In this document: piece after piece, positions 1 through 10,940 of the stretch
Position numbering within the stretch: position 1 is the first letter of the stretch
Layout of the letters: each line of letters starts with the position of its first letter
Assembly (NCBI RefSeq): GCF_000485595.1
Contig: NW_014577078.1
Coordinates: 501,524-535,806, forward strand
Source: Priapulus caudatus
Taxonomy: Eukaryota
DNA: 34,283 bases
Reading direction: 5' to 3'
The notes under the pieces: model-generated
The model's database searches: none
The model's input: only the letters and a program-made list of their open reading frames with translations
What the model was told of the DNA's origin: nothing
Made by a program: the position numbers and the translations under genes

Positions 1-7
1 ACATACA

Positions 8-44
<37 letters not shown>

Positions 45-92
45 CACAGACGAACACAGTCACGCACGCACGCACGCACGCACGCACATACA

Positions 93-129
<37 letters not shown>

Positions 130-183
130 CACAGACGAACACAGTCACGCACGCACGCACGCACGCACACACATACATACATA

Positions 184-214
<31 letters not shown>

Positions 215-275
215 CACAGACGAACACAGTCACGCACGCACGCACACACACACACACATACGCACACACATACAT
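1..275. repeat. Compound (GCAC)n/(CA)n microsatellite with an 85-bp higher-order period
   Basis: Spacer GCAACACAGACGAACACAGTCAC recurs at 41, 126 and 211 (85 bp apart), separated by (GCAC)n runs. Confidence 0.95.
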
Positions 276-691
276 AAACGCAAGCGAAAGAATTCCGAAC
301 TGGCACATAGCGTGTAAATCTTGACGATATAAAATTTTACAATCTCAAATGGTTTTACAAGTACAATTTATTGTGTTTAGCTATTTTGGAGCCGAAACGC
401 GCAACATATTGCCATGGCACCGATCATAAACGATACAGTGTGAGCTGTTCATATACATCGTTGCAATGATACGACTCGATTACCGTCAAGAAAACACACT
501 ACCTGACTATCGATGCACAAACTAGAAAACGACAATATAACATTACAACATCTTACTGTACGTTACTTCCATACTACTGCACCGTATGATAAAGGTAGTT
601 ATAGCACATTATGTGGTCTAGGTAGACCAGTATTTACAGTTGTCGTTCATATTAATCGATCAAATGCTACTAAATTATATAACTATATAAT

Positions 692-703
692 TATATATAT
701 ATA

Positions 704-746
<43 letters not shown>

Positions 747-787
747 GAGTAGATAAAGGCCTTTATCTACTCCTGATATATATATAA
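692..787. repeat. (TA)n microsatellite interrupted by a perfect 32-bp palindrome (744-775)
   Basis: CAGGAGTAGATAAAGG|CCTTTATCTACTCCTG with TA repeats on both sides. Confidence 0.95.
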
Positions 788-836
788 TAATTATTATATT
801 ATTATGCTATTATATAAGTAGCAACTATAAGTAGTA

Positions 837-1504
837 CTATATATAAAATACGCACACACAGACTAGAGTACAAGACATATAGCGGAATGTCTGTCTCACT
901 CTATCGCACTAAAATGAGAAATGCAGCCCATCTGTACGCACGTAGGTAGCCGAAGAATCGCGGTTAGAATGATTTATAATATGTTGCCTATAATAGTTGT
1001 AAGAATATAGCATGTTGCCTCAACTTCAAGTCATTCTCTGATTTAGTTGGAGCCTGATATGCAGTGGTTGTTGCATGAACCAATAGCATTTGCTATCCAT
1101 GCATGTATGACGAAAAGATTTCACGCGACGCGCAACCACTGTCCGAGCCTCCCACGTCTATCACGAGCGCGTCTCATATGGTGTACACGCGCAGTAAAGT
1201 ACTATAAACAACATACACGAGTGTAAACATAAACCTCGATTGTGTTTACTCCGGGACACGCCCTCCACGGTACGGTAACGCACCGGCAATGCAGCAATCA
1301 TGACCCGTGACGACTTACACACTATTATTGAACGTTAGTGACGTAATGCTATTATCTGTGTTTTTATTCACCCCACGGTAAACCTCATGGGTATTAGTGA
1401 TACTGACATTGTAGGCTATGACAAATATGCTGTGTACGTATTACAGTGAAATACGCGAATAAACGCTAGGTATTCGCGTATGCCACGCATGGGTATACAG
1501 CTAG
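837..1504 (+). mobile_element. Possible degraded non-autonomous Helitron
   Basis: 3' end ...TATGCCACGCATGGGTATACAGCTAG|T has a short degenerate hairpin then CTAG followed by T, as in Helitron 3' termini. The putative 5' end CTATATATAAAA (837) lacks the canonical TC, so that boundary is a guess. Confidence 0.3.
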
Positions 1505-1571
1505 TGACGTACAATTGGTGCAGTTATGGATACTACCGCAGTGCTACGGCGCAGTTCGTTGTTATTCGATC

Positions 1572-2020
1572 CACATACACTTGGGACGTCTCAATAAATA
1601 AAAAAGGTAAATAAACACGAAATGTATTTACTACCAAAGTCTTCATGTTTCCCTACTCTATTATTGTCGATAATCACCTTTAAATGCCGGTCAAATGCTC
1701 ATCTGCAACACACAAGTACACCGCACGCACGCCCTGTGCACAAACAACAAGAATAAGAGAGTTAATAAGTTAATTAATTAGTTAATAAGTTAATAAGTTA
1801 ATTAAGAGAGTTCTCTTATTCTTGTTGTTTGTACACAGGGCGTGTGTGTGGTGCACTTGTGTGTTGAAGATGAGCAATTACAGGTGTTTACAGGTGATTA
1901 TCGGCAATAATAGGCGAAATAGAGTAAAGAAAATAAAAATAAAAATTTTCTTTGGTAGTAAATATATTTCGTGTTTATTTACCATTATTTATTTTTATTG
2001 AGACGTTCCAAGTGCCTGTG
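1572..2020. mobile_element. Foldback/MITE-type non-autonomous DNA transposon with 8-bp TSD (hAT-like)
   Basis: Imperfect inverted arms of about 190-210 bp (CACTTGGGACGTCTCAATAAA...CAAACAACAAGAATAAGAGA vs TCTCTTATTCTTGTTGTTTG...TTTATTGAGACGTTCCAAGTG), termini CACA...TGTG, flanked by identical ATTCGATC at 1564-1571 and 2021-2028. Confidence 0.85.
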
Positions 2021-2483
2021 ATTCGATCAGTCTATAAAATTAGTTAAACACATTAGTTAGACTAATTCCAACGAATAACGACGCAGCGCATGTTTCCAAC
2101 CAATTGCTGTTAAAATGTACAAAAATATATATAATTAGCTCAAGTTCACGTGAACGCTAAACTGTAAACATGGGCATCAATCATCTTTTTGCTCAACGAA
2201 AAATACGAATCGAACGCACAGCTTTCTGCTGCATAATCAGTATCACGTGACATGGCTTGGCAAATTCGCACGTTTGCGAGCAACGGTAATAGCAAACGCG
2301 TTTTATAACAGTCGTCCTGCCAGTATTCATTTATGATCAACATAATTCATGCATATTTCAAATGCTGACCGTAATCCCGACAGTTTTCCTATCTATCACA
2401 CAAGTAAAAAAAAAAAAAACCCTACGCAAACCTGAACTACTTCAGTGTTTACCGGCTCAGGATTCGTGGAAAAATATATTTAA

Positions 2484-2555
2484 NNNNNNNNNNNNNNNNN
2501 NNNNNNNNNNNNNNNNNNNNNNNNNNNNNNNNNNNNNNNNNNNNNNNNNNNNNNN
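2484..2555. other. Assembly gap (72 N)
   Basis: N run directly followed by a (GT)n tract. Confidence 1.
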
Positions 2556-2638
<83 letters not shown>

Positions 2639-2660
2639 TACGTGCGCGCGTGCATGTGTG
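2556..2660. repeat. (GT)n-(GCGT)n microsatellite
   Basis: Read directly. Confidence 0.97.
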
Positions 2661-3554
2661 TAACATATAGGGTCAAAATTAACGCCTTCACGGAATCAAA
2701 TACTCCATGCTTCATTTTCGAAAGCTTGATAATTTTACTACACACAACAAAAAATAAAAATAAAATAAATAATGCAGCAAGTCAAAATAAAATTCTGGTG
2801 GGGGTATATTATAACCTACAACAGATAACACGATAATATGTCTGCCGTCTGCGAAATAAACACACGCGTTTAACTTATTCTTATCTGTATATTTGGACTT
2901 CAGACTGCGGTCGCCTTTGAGAGAACCGGGAGCCAGATGAACTGACTTGATCAAGCGTTAATTTATGCCCCTCCATAGCATAGTAATGTATACACGTAAT
3001 AAACCTCTGGAAAGAAAGCTCGCAGTCCAGATGATTTTCACGGGTCTGTCTGACAAACGAGGAATTCTTTAGCGGAGGTGCATGCATGCCGTGACGGCAT
3101 GGATGGATGCAGCCGTGCTGGAGTGTGACCCAAATAAGGAGGAAGAAGGCATTAAAGCTCTCTCGGGATTGATTCGTCACATGAGGATCTCACTGGTCAC
3201 GAAATTCCCAGAGAGCCGGTTACAAGTAGACGCTCCGAGCACGAGCACTATGAAAAGTTCACACCTTGTTTAAAAGGCACCGAAGGCAGCAGCGGCACTG
3301 TGAAGGAGGGTGACACTTGTACTGGACACTCGACAGTAATTGGAACCGGCGTAGGTAACCATTACCTCAACTGAACAAGTACTGAACTACAAGCTATACC
3401 CCGAGCATCGTCTGGTTCACCTGTGCCGAATCAAGAGACTGATTAAGGATACACTCAAGCCTTTTCACGGATATAGCTCTAATGAAGGTTTTCTGAGCCT
3501 TTATTGACAAATGAATCGAATCCATCACACGTTTTATTTATAGATGAGATTAAT

Positions 3555-3780
3555 TTTTATGTTTATTTTTTTTATAACGAAACATTTCTCGTTGCTGGGG
3601 GAGCAGCGCAGGGATAGATCACGGAGAGGTGGACGCTGGACATCAGAAAATGCACGGAGAGAGATATTCTATCACGAAATTATAGCAAGAACTGGCGTTC
3701 GTCAAGTGTTTTGAACCCCCCACCCGGCAGGTGCGCGCGAAGACAGATGGCAGAAGTGCTTACCCCGCACACTAACGGGG
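3555..3780 (-). mobile_element. tRNA-derived SINE
   Basis: Minus strand reads CCCCGTTAGTGTGCGGGGTAAGCACTTCTGCC (A-box-like head), then GGTTCAAAAC (B-box-like, 3708-3717), about 135 bp of body and an A-rich tail AAAAAAAATAAACATAAAA (3555-3573). Flanked by ATTAAT at 3549-3554 and 3781-3786 (candidate TSD). Confidence 0.6.
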
Positions 3781-3885
3781 ATTAATGTGATATTCTACTC
3801 AACGCGTGTGAATTAATTTAGAACCGCATTACTATTTAATTATATTTACCAACTATTTCAGTATAATTAGGCTAACGCGTCAAGC

Positions 3886-3886
<1 letters not shown>

Positions 3887-3932
<46 letters not shown>
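3887..3932. repeat. (TA)n microsatellite
   Basis: Read directly. Confidence 0.98.
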
Positions 3933-3933
<1 letters not shown>

Positions 3934-4069
3934 CGACACGACGACGCGTATACATGTTATAAAACCGGTACGCAAACAAATGCCCGGATGGGTAATTACA
4001 CAACGGTCCCAGCTAATCACCAGGTGACGCAAAAAGTATCTGCTATTGGTGATACCAAATACGGCAGCG

Positions 4070-4780
4070 GTGGGTGGAGTCAGTAAAGGTGGGATAAGGT
4101 CCACAGGTATCGGTGGAGGCGGGATGGGGTCCATATAGGAGTCAGTGGAGGTGGGATGGAGTCCACAGGTATTACTATCAGTGGAGGTGGGATGGGGTCC
4201 ACAGGTATCAGTGGAGGTGGGATGGGGTCCACAGGTATCAGTGGAGGCGGGATGCATGGGAATGCCACNNNNNNNNNNNNNNNNNNNNNNNNNNNNNNNN
4301 NNNNNNNNNNNNNNNNNNNNNNNNNNNNNNNNNNNNNNNNNNNNNNNNNNNNNNNNNNNNNNNNNNNNNNNNNNNNNNNNNNNNNNNNNNNNNNNNNNNN
4401 NNNNNNNNNNNNNNNNNNNNNNNNNNNNNNNNNNNNNNNNNNNNNNNNNNNNNNNNNNNNNNNNNNNNNNNNNNNNNNNNNNNNNNNNNNNNNNNNNNNN
4501 NNNNNNNNNNNNNNNNNNNNNNNNNNNNNNNNNNNNNNNNNNNNNNNNNNNNNNNNNNNNNNNNNNNNNNNNNNNNGGGATGGGGCCACAAGGTGGTCAG
4601 GTCGGAGTGGGATCGGGTCCGACGAGGTGTCAGTCGGAGGTGGGATCGGGTCCACAGGTATCAGTGGAGGTGGGATGGGGTCCACAGGTGTCAGTGGAGG
4701 TGGGATGGGGTCCACAGGTATCAGTGGAGGTGGGATGGGGTCCACAGGTATCAGTGGAGGTGGGATGCATGGGAATGCCA
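4070..4780. repeat. 30-bp G-rich minisatellite spanning an assembly gap
   Basis: Unit GTGGAGGTGGGATGGGGTCCACAGGTATCA, about 6 copies on each side of N gap 4269-4576. Both halves end in the same GGGATGCATGGGAATGCCAC. Confidence 0.95.
4269..4576. other. Assembly gap (308 N)
   Basis: N run inside the minisatellite. Confidence 1.
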
Positions 4781-5099
4781 CGGAAAATTTAATGTTTTTT
4801 TAATTTTGGTTTTGAATTTGATTTTTGTTAACTGATTAACGTTTGCAACCGCGTAACAGCGCAGCTACAAGTCGTCGTCAACACGCACGACGTTCGTCAA
4901 AACGACAAACTCGAATACGTCACGCGCCATACGCGCGAACGCGCATGCGCGGCTGCGACGATGCGTCTCCACGAAACAGAGACTCACTCCCTTCTACATG
5001 ATATCCCGTCATACCATCTCTGAGTTCGGAAATAAATTTCGCAAGCCGGTCTAGCTGACGCCGTATGCGTTAAACAACGTTTAGTGTCACTTAAACATC

Positions 5100-5440
5100 A
5101 GGGCAATTACGCGGCGCGAGCAAGCGCGCCGACTCCGCGAGCGCGCGTCGTAAAACCTTGTAAAACGGCGCATTATTGGAATTTACGACGGCAATCGCTC
5201 GCTTTTAATCCGATTTCTCGCTTTTTATGAAAAACTCAATCAGTATTTCGCGATGAATAATTCACGTCGTTTCGGTTACGATGCGTGTTTGATGCCGACA
5301 AGTCAAACATAATTTCAGGCGCGCTTGCGCCGCACTCAAGAATCCGGCGACGTGGCGATTATTAAAAGCATCGGTTTCCTTCCCGCGCATTAAGCGCCAT
5401 TATACAGGTTTATGCGACCCGATGGCCGCAATTAAAAAAT
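5100..5440. promoter_or_regulatory. Candidate enhancer with clustered posterior-Hox/Cdx-type motifs
   Basis: GTCGTAAAA 5147-5155, TTGTAAAA 5158-5165, TTATTGG 5173-5179, TTTACGAC 5182-5189, TTTTTATGA 5222-5230 in CpG-rich non-repetitive sequence. Motif evidence only. Confidence 0.35.
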
Positions 5441-5722
5441 CTCTTCCCTCAGCGAACGCCCTCCGCGCGCCTTTCACCTGCCCCGCACAATTACTCACGG
5501 TGTCGTGAGTTCACAACATTGTCGCAGCTTCCCGCGATTGCAGCAGGATGCATCTGCATGATCGCGGAAGATGGGATGTTAATCCTACCTGACAGTGAAG
5601 CCTAACTGAAGCCCACCGCTGCACGTCCTAACTAAGCAATACTAGGATGAACGGTATCTCTTCAACGTTTACCGACCACACACTGATATGCCACTAACAA
5701 ACGGAAAACACTTTACATAACC

Positions 5723-5787
5723 AGGGGTGAATAATGACAAATAATTTGTCAATAATTCCTACAAATAATTTGTCATTATTCACCCCT
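5723..5787. repeat. Short inverted repeat (20-bp perfect arms) with internal direct duplication
   Basis: AGGGGTGAATAATGACAAAT (5723-5742) / ATTTGTCATTATTCACCCCT (5768-5787); ACAAATAATTTGTCA occurs at 5737 and 5761. Confidence 0.9.
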
Positions 5788-6979
5788 TATATAACGTGCC
5801 TAGTGTGTAGGCCGACTGAACTTATGGAACACACAGGCTGCAGAAGTAGAACAACATCTCTGAATCACGCGCGCGGGAGCGCGCCAGTCTCATCAACGCG
5901 CGAGAAATAAGGTTCGCCGTTATTGAATCATACTAGCTACTAGCTACTATAGCTTGCTGCCAACTTCGAGCGAACCCTATTGAAGCCATACACTGACACG
6001 AACGCCGTCGCGCATTCACGCACAGCGCCCAGCCACGACGAACCGACAAACGGACACGTCGCGACAAGTGCGACCTGATTAACAGTTACGCAATCACGCA
6101 CAGGCTGAGGGCTGCATAGAAAGCGCGCGTGTCCGCGTAGACGACAGCACTGCCGCAGCAACGCAACAAGCAATCCGACACCGAGGCAACCCTTACACAC
6201 GCACAGGCGTGCACGGGGAACAGCGACGCGTAAATCGAATCGCGGCTCGTCTTCGGTTCGAGCGTCATCGAACTTGATACGACGATCGGTTACGAGTCGC
6301 AGTGAATTGCTGATCACGAAGATGTGCGCGCGTGCGACTCTCAATGGCGCATGGTGGTGGCGCAAAAAAACCAGACGCAGGGAACGCGGAGGAAAGAAAC
6401 CCCAACGAGGTGCAAGCGTGTGTGAAGGTATAGTGAATGGTGGGTTAGGGGTGCGGCATGAAAAGTGGATGTGGCAGAGGATGCTGGAGAGGGGGGAGCC
6501 GGTGTAATAATCCAGCCAAGGACATAGGCAGGTGGTGCGCGTGACTCGTGTTAAGGACGCTGCAAAGAGCGGAAGGAATAGAAGCCCGTCCTGCCATCGC
6601 GACCACACATTTACTAACTAAACGTACGGCAACTGACCGCACCACCCCTCTGCCCTTCTCCGACGCTGCCCCGTCCCGCCGCCTACACGCCCCTACCTTT
6701 CTCCGACGACACCCCCCCCCGCCTACACGCTCCCTCTCCCTTCATCCGTGCATCCTATGGGAGAACTCCCGACCGTACCTCCCCCTTCCCCAGTGGGACT
6801 GCGCGATCACGACTCCAGACCAGCGGTCACCGCCCCCCCTCCCACCACCAGCGAACGCTAATCTCTTCTCACTCAAGAATGCAGCATCACGCTGGCACGG
6901 AGAGTGAGTGGCCTGCCTGCCGGCCCTCCCGCCCGCGCGCGCGCGTGCGCTACCAGCCGCACTAGTACTGCTGCTGCCG

Positions 6980-7215
6980 TCGCGCGGCTCACTGCTTTGA
7001 TCTGGTCGGCTCAATTGGCAGAAATAAATGGAATTCCGTGGCCAGCGAGCACAAAGAATCGGCGGATAATTGCACAATGAAAATGCATGAGCCGTGCGGC
7101 TCTTTTCGCCGCCAATGAGGACCTTTCATCTCGCCACCTATATTGCATTTGCAAGTGAAACTAACACCATTCTGCGACCGAGTTGCGACTCGAATTGAGT
7201 CAAAGTGTCATCACT
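6980..7215. promoter_or_regulatory. Candidate enhancer (TCF/LEF, Sox, CCAAT motifs)
   Basis: CTTTGAT 6995-7001, ATTGG 7014-7018, ACAAAG 7051-7056, ACAATG 7074-7079 next to ATGAAAATGCAT, GCCAATGA 7111-7118. Confidence 0.3.
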
Positions 7216-9307
7216 TGCAGCGTGTTTTTTGCGCCTTCGCGCAGTGACATCCTGGATCCCAGAGCAGAAGCAGCAGCACAGCTTGTCACGGTCTACCGCT
7301 ACACGTATTGCCACCGACTCCGCATCGCGTGCGCAACACTGAACAGCCACTGCAACCTCTCCATCCAGAGAAAATGCTCTTATATACACACACAGTCACC
7401 TGCCTTCCACGCCACACGTCTTCGGGCGCCCACCACTCCATCTCCCGCTCTGCCTTTGCCCCACGCTACCCCTCTCTCTCCAGTCGTCTGTCACTTCCAT
7501 CTCCCCCTCTGCCTTTCCCCCATGCCACCCTCGATAACCCCTCAATGAAATCCCGAGTGGCAAGCGGGTCCCTGTCACCCAGCCACGGCTACACAATCGC
7601 GGCGCCATCCGCCTCGTATACCTATAGCTAGAATTCTCTAAGAGCAGCATTTCACGAATTGAATAGGAATCTTATCCCTCTCGCGCCACTTCACGCTGGC
7701 CGGGACAGTCTCTAACCGAACGCTATACGTGCAAGTGATAAGCCAGCCGAGAGCTAACGTAGTTCCTCCCGGGTGTAACTAGCGTCTCTTTAATAAGAAG
7801 GGGGTAGATTCTAAGAAGGATACACAGTCTAAATGAAGAGACTCCATATAGGCGTAACAAGGGTGTCGCTGGGTGGAGGGTCAAGCGATCTATCACGAAG
7901 TCCCGCGACAGACGTATACAGAGAAACGTCACGCGCCCGTCGCCACCAGGCGGCCGAAACAAAAAGAACGTTTCCTCGGTCGGGGAAGTTCAGCGCCCGA
8001 TTGCGATGGAGATTGGAATTTCGTTCTTAATTTAATTAGAGAAGCTGGCAATGAGACGGGATGCGCCCGCGTGAAACCCGCGTGGGGGGGTTTACACTCT
8101 TGTCAAGAACGCAAGAAGGAGATGTGTTTATTGTAAGAACGCACTGATTCCGGACGCAATTCCTACATGACTCGATTCTATCCACATCTAACGTAGAATG
8201 GGAATGGGAAACACTACATATGTAATCGTATGTATACATGACTGCCATTAGTACTTGGAATTCTGGTAACGTTACAGTATTACCAATGCCTAATAGTAAG
8301 CGTTGTTGGAAAATTAATAAGATCACTTATACTGTAAAGCGAACAGTCCTAAGAAATTATACTGCCCCATGCTGCTTTCGGCATTATTTGCAGTTAAATT
8401 AGTGTGTATTTATGCTATATTGCTTATGTATATATGCTATATACCATCGTTTACTGTTTGACATCAATACCAAACGAGAAATGACTCTGTTATAACAGTG
8501 CGCCAAGGGCACGTTGTACATACAGCAATGTTCACATCATCTCCGTGGATATTTATTCTTGGGAATTATTTATGTTCTATCTGATATTTAGCAGCACGAA
8601 CAGAACAGAAATTCGTTAATCAAAACGGCTAGGAAATCCGCTCGTTCGACTTTGATTTCCTCCCACAGTCGGCTTAATCAGGGGGCGAAATGAAAAAGTA
8701 TTTGCTGGGTCTATATATATATATTACATGTGAAAAAATCCACAGCGCGCACATTAAAACCTAAGGAAAATCAGCACGTTTCTGCTAAACACACAAAATG
8801 CAATCTAAAAGTTCATGTCCTCATGGAATTTACACTAATGTTTGATGTCACATAAGTGTGTATATGAAAACCATAGAACAATTTAATTTTGCATGTTCAG
8901 TTCGATAAATAGTGCTATTAAATACGGCTATAATAACGCTAAACATACGTCATTAATAAAAGCAGATATCTGATTTATACACGTTTCACGAGTAAATCCT
9001 AACATGTGAATTTGAGCTTACAGCTCGTATCTGAACCAAAAAACAAAGGATTCCAATATTCCAAGCTTAGGGAGCGCAACATATTTACTGTTTGAATTGA
9101 AAAAAATCCTCACACAGCTCCCTTATCGAACAAGTGCTATCACTAAAGCAATGAATAATAAATTGAAGCAATAGAGTCGTTGGTGGTGCCATAACGAATT
9201 GAATTCCCTGTGGCTGATATATTGCCATGTTGGCTACTGTCTTTTGTTGTTGTCATCGTTGTTATTCTTTATTGTTATTCTTCTTCTTGTTATCTTGTGT
9301 TAAACTG

Positions 9308-9327
9308 TGCGTGCGTGCGTTTAAATA

Positions 9328-9367
<40 letters not shown>

Positions 9368-9439
9368 TGTGCCTATTTATTTAAATAATAATTTTATAAA
9401 TAATAATGACAAATGTTATTATTATTATTATTATTATTA
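9308..9439. repeat. (GCGT)n and (TTA)n microsatellites
   Basis: Read directly. Confidence 0.95.
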
Positions 9440-9882
9440 GAAAAATACCTCGCCCTATGTATTACCAGATATAAATTACCTACATGTCTATATACGAGTT
9501 ATATGTGCCGAAGAATGATCCAGGAAGGCGTGCAGAGGAAATGAATTCAGAAATGCATGGAGGGGTAGCGAACAGTATGGATTCTAACATAAGCGCATAT
9601 ATACTCCAAACCTAACTATCACCGTCGACCACAGAAGGTCGTTTCACCCTCCCAGTACAAGTATAGTCATTCACAAACGTTGTATAAACCTACACACATT
9701 CAGACCCACGTACAGGTACAAAGACATACACTAAACACACGTATCCACACAGGCGCACACACGCATGCACGCGGGCACCGCATACCTTCATCAATTTCCA
9801 TTTCTGAATGGCGAAGCACAAAAGCCAATTTGACTTCCTATTTCATGCAAATCCCCTTCTGCCTCGGCAAAATTCTCCCGTA

Positions 9883-9993
9883 CACACACGCACGCGCACA
9901 CGGACGTGTGCACACACATGCACACGAACACACGCACACACGCACACACGCGCACGCACACGCACGCACGCACGCACGACGCCAACGCACGCA

Positions 9994-10052
<59 letters not shown>

Positions 10053-10060
10053 CACACACG
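9883..10060. repeat. (CA)n/(GCAC)n compound microsatellite
   Basis: Read directly. Confidence 0.95.
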
Positions 10061-10385
10061 TCTAACCAACACGGAACACGTTTGCAAGCCGCGAGGCGCG
10101 CTCGACGCAGAAACCCATCAAAGTTGCATTAGCCTCGGTGGCTCTCCTCGCCATGACTGACAAGCCTTTGAACGCAGGAAATGAATCTAAGATTTATCAT
10201 AAGGAGCGATGCTTTCAGAGACATCGCACTTGATGAAGCTTTCGCGACAAAGGTTCATGGTAAGCGCCGTCTAGAGGGAAATATGAAACTAGTCGTCTCA
10301 TTTACATCGGCATTCAGGCAACTTTACACACAAGAAAATAAACTATCCACAGCTCGCCCGTCCGGCTCCCAACCGAGGAACAGCT

Positions 10386-10463
10386 AGAGAGAGAGAGATA
10401 GATAGAAAGAGAGATAGATAGATAGATAGATAGAGAGAGAGATAGAGAGAGAAAGAGCGCGAT

Positions 10464-10516
<53 letters not shown>

Positions 10517-10611
10517 AAGATGGAGAAACAGATAGACACAAAAGAGGAAGAGTTAAAGAGAGAGGGAACGAGAGATAGAGATGCAGAGAACACAAGCGAT
10601 AGAAAGGGGGG

Positions 10612-10680
<69 letters not shown>

Positions 10681-10695
10681 TGGTGGAGAGAGAAT
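10386..10695. repeat. (GA)n/(GATA)n polypurine tract
   Basis: Read directly; abuts the left breakpoint of the 8.6-kb duplication. Confidence 0.95.
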
Positions 10696-10940
10696 CAAAA
10701 GAATGGAGACAGTAGTAGCGGTAGCATTTACTCTGTCTGGTCTGGTGCCACAGCATGCGAGCGAGCAACAGCGGGGCGCCGGTTGAAGTGCACGTCAAAT
10801 TCAAATTTTAGGGCAAACTGGTTAGCACACAGATCAGCAATCGTGTGATACAATTATCGTCTTCCGGCTACACCAAGTTCCCTGCAATGCCAAGAAATGT
10901 TTCCGAGAGCGCCATTCTCGTACCCCTTTGCTTACTGCCT

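Noticed and set aside
3001..3507. Short protein-looking stretches in shifting frames (e.g. VLECDPNKEEEGIKALSGLIRH, NYKLYPEHRLVHLCRIKRLIK)
   Set aside because: Interrupted by stops and matching no family I recognise; a frameshift-aware translated search would be needed to call a pseudogene or TE relic.
4080..4835. 200-240 aa ORFs in several frames (PPPLIPVDPI, GGGMGSTGIS, YQWRWDGVHR repeats)
   Set aside because: A stop-free 30-bp minisatellite plus an N gap opens several frames on both strands; no unique coding sequence.
5940..6608. 222-aa minus-strand ORF
   Set aside because: No recognisable domain; Arg/Cys/Pro-rich composition typical of non-coding GC-rich DNA.
8679..9210. Possible degenerate hAT MITE (CAGGG...CCCTG, flanks GGCTTAAT/TGGCTGAT)
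   Set aside because: Only 5 terminal bases match and the flanks are not a clean TSD.
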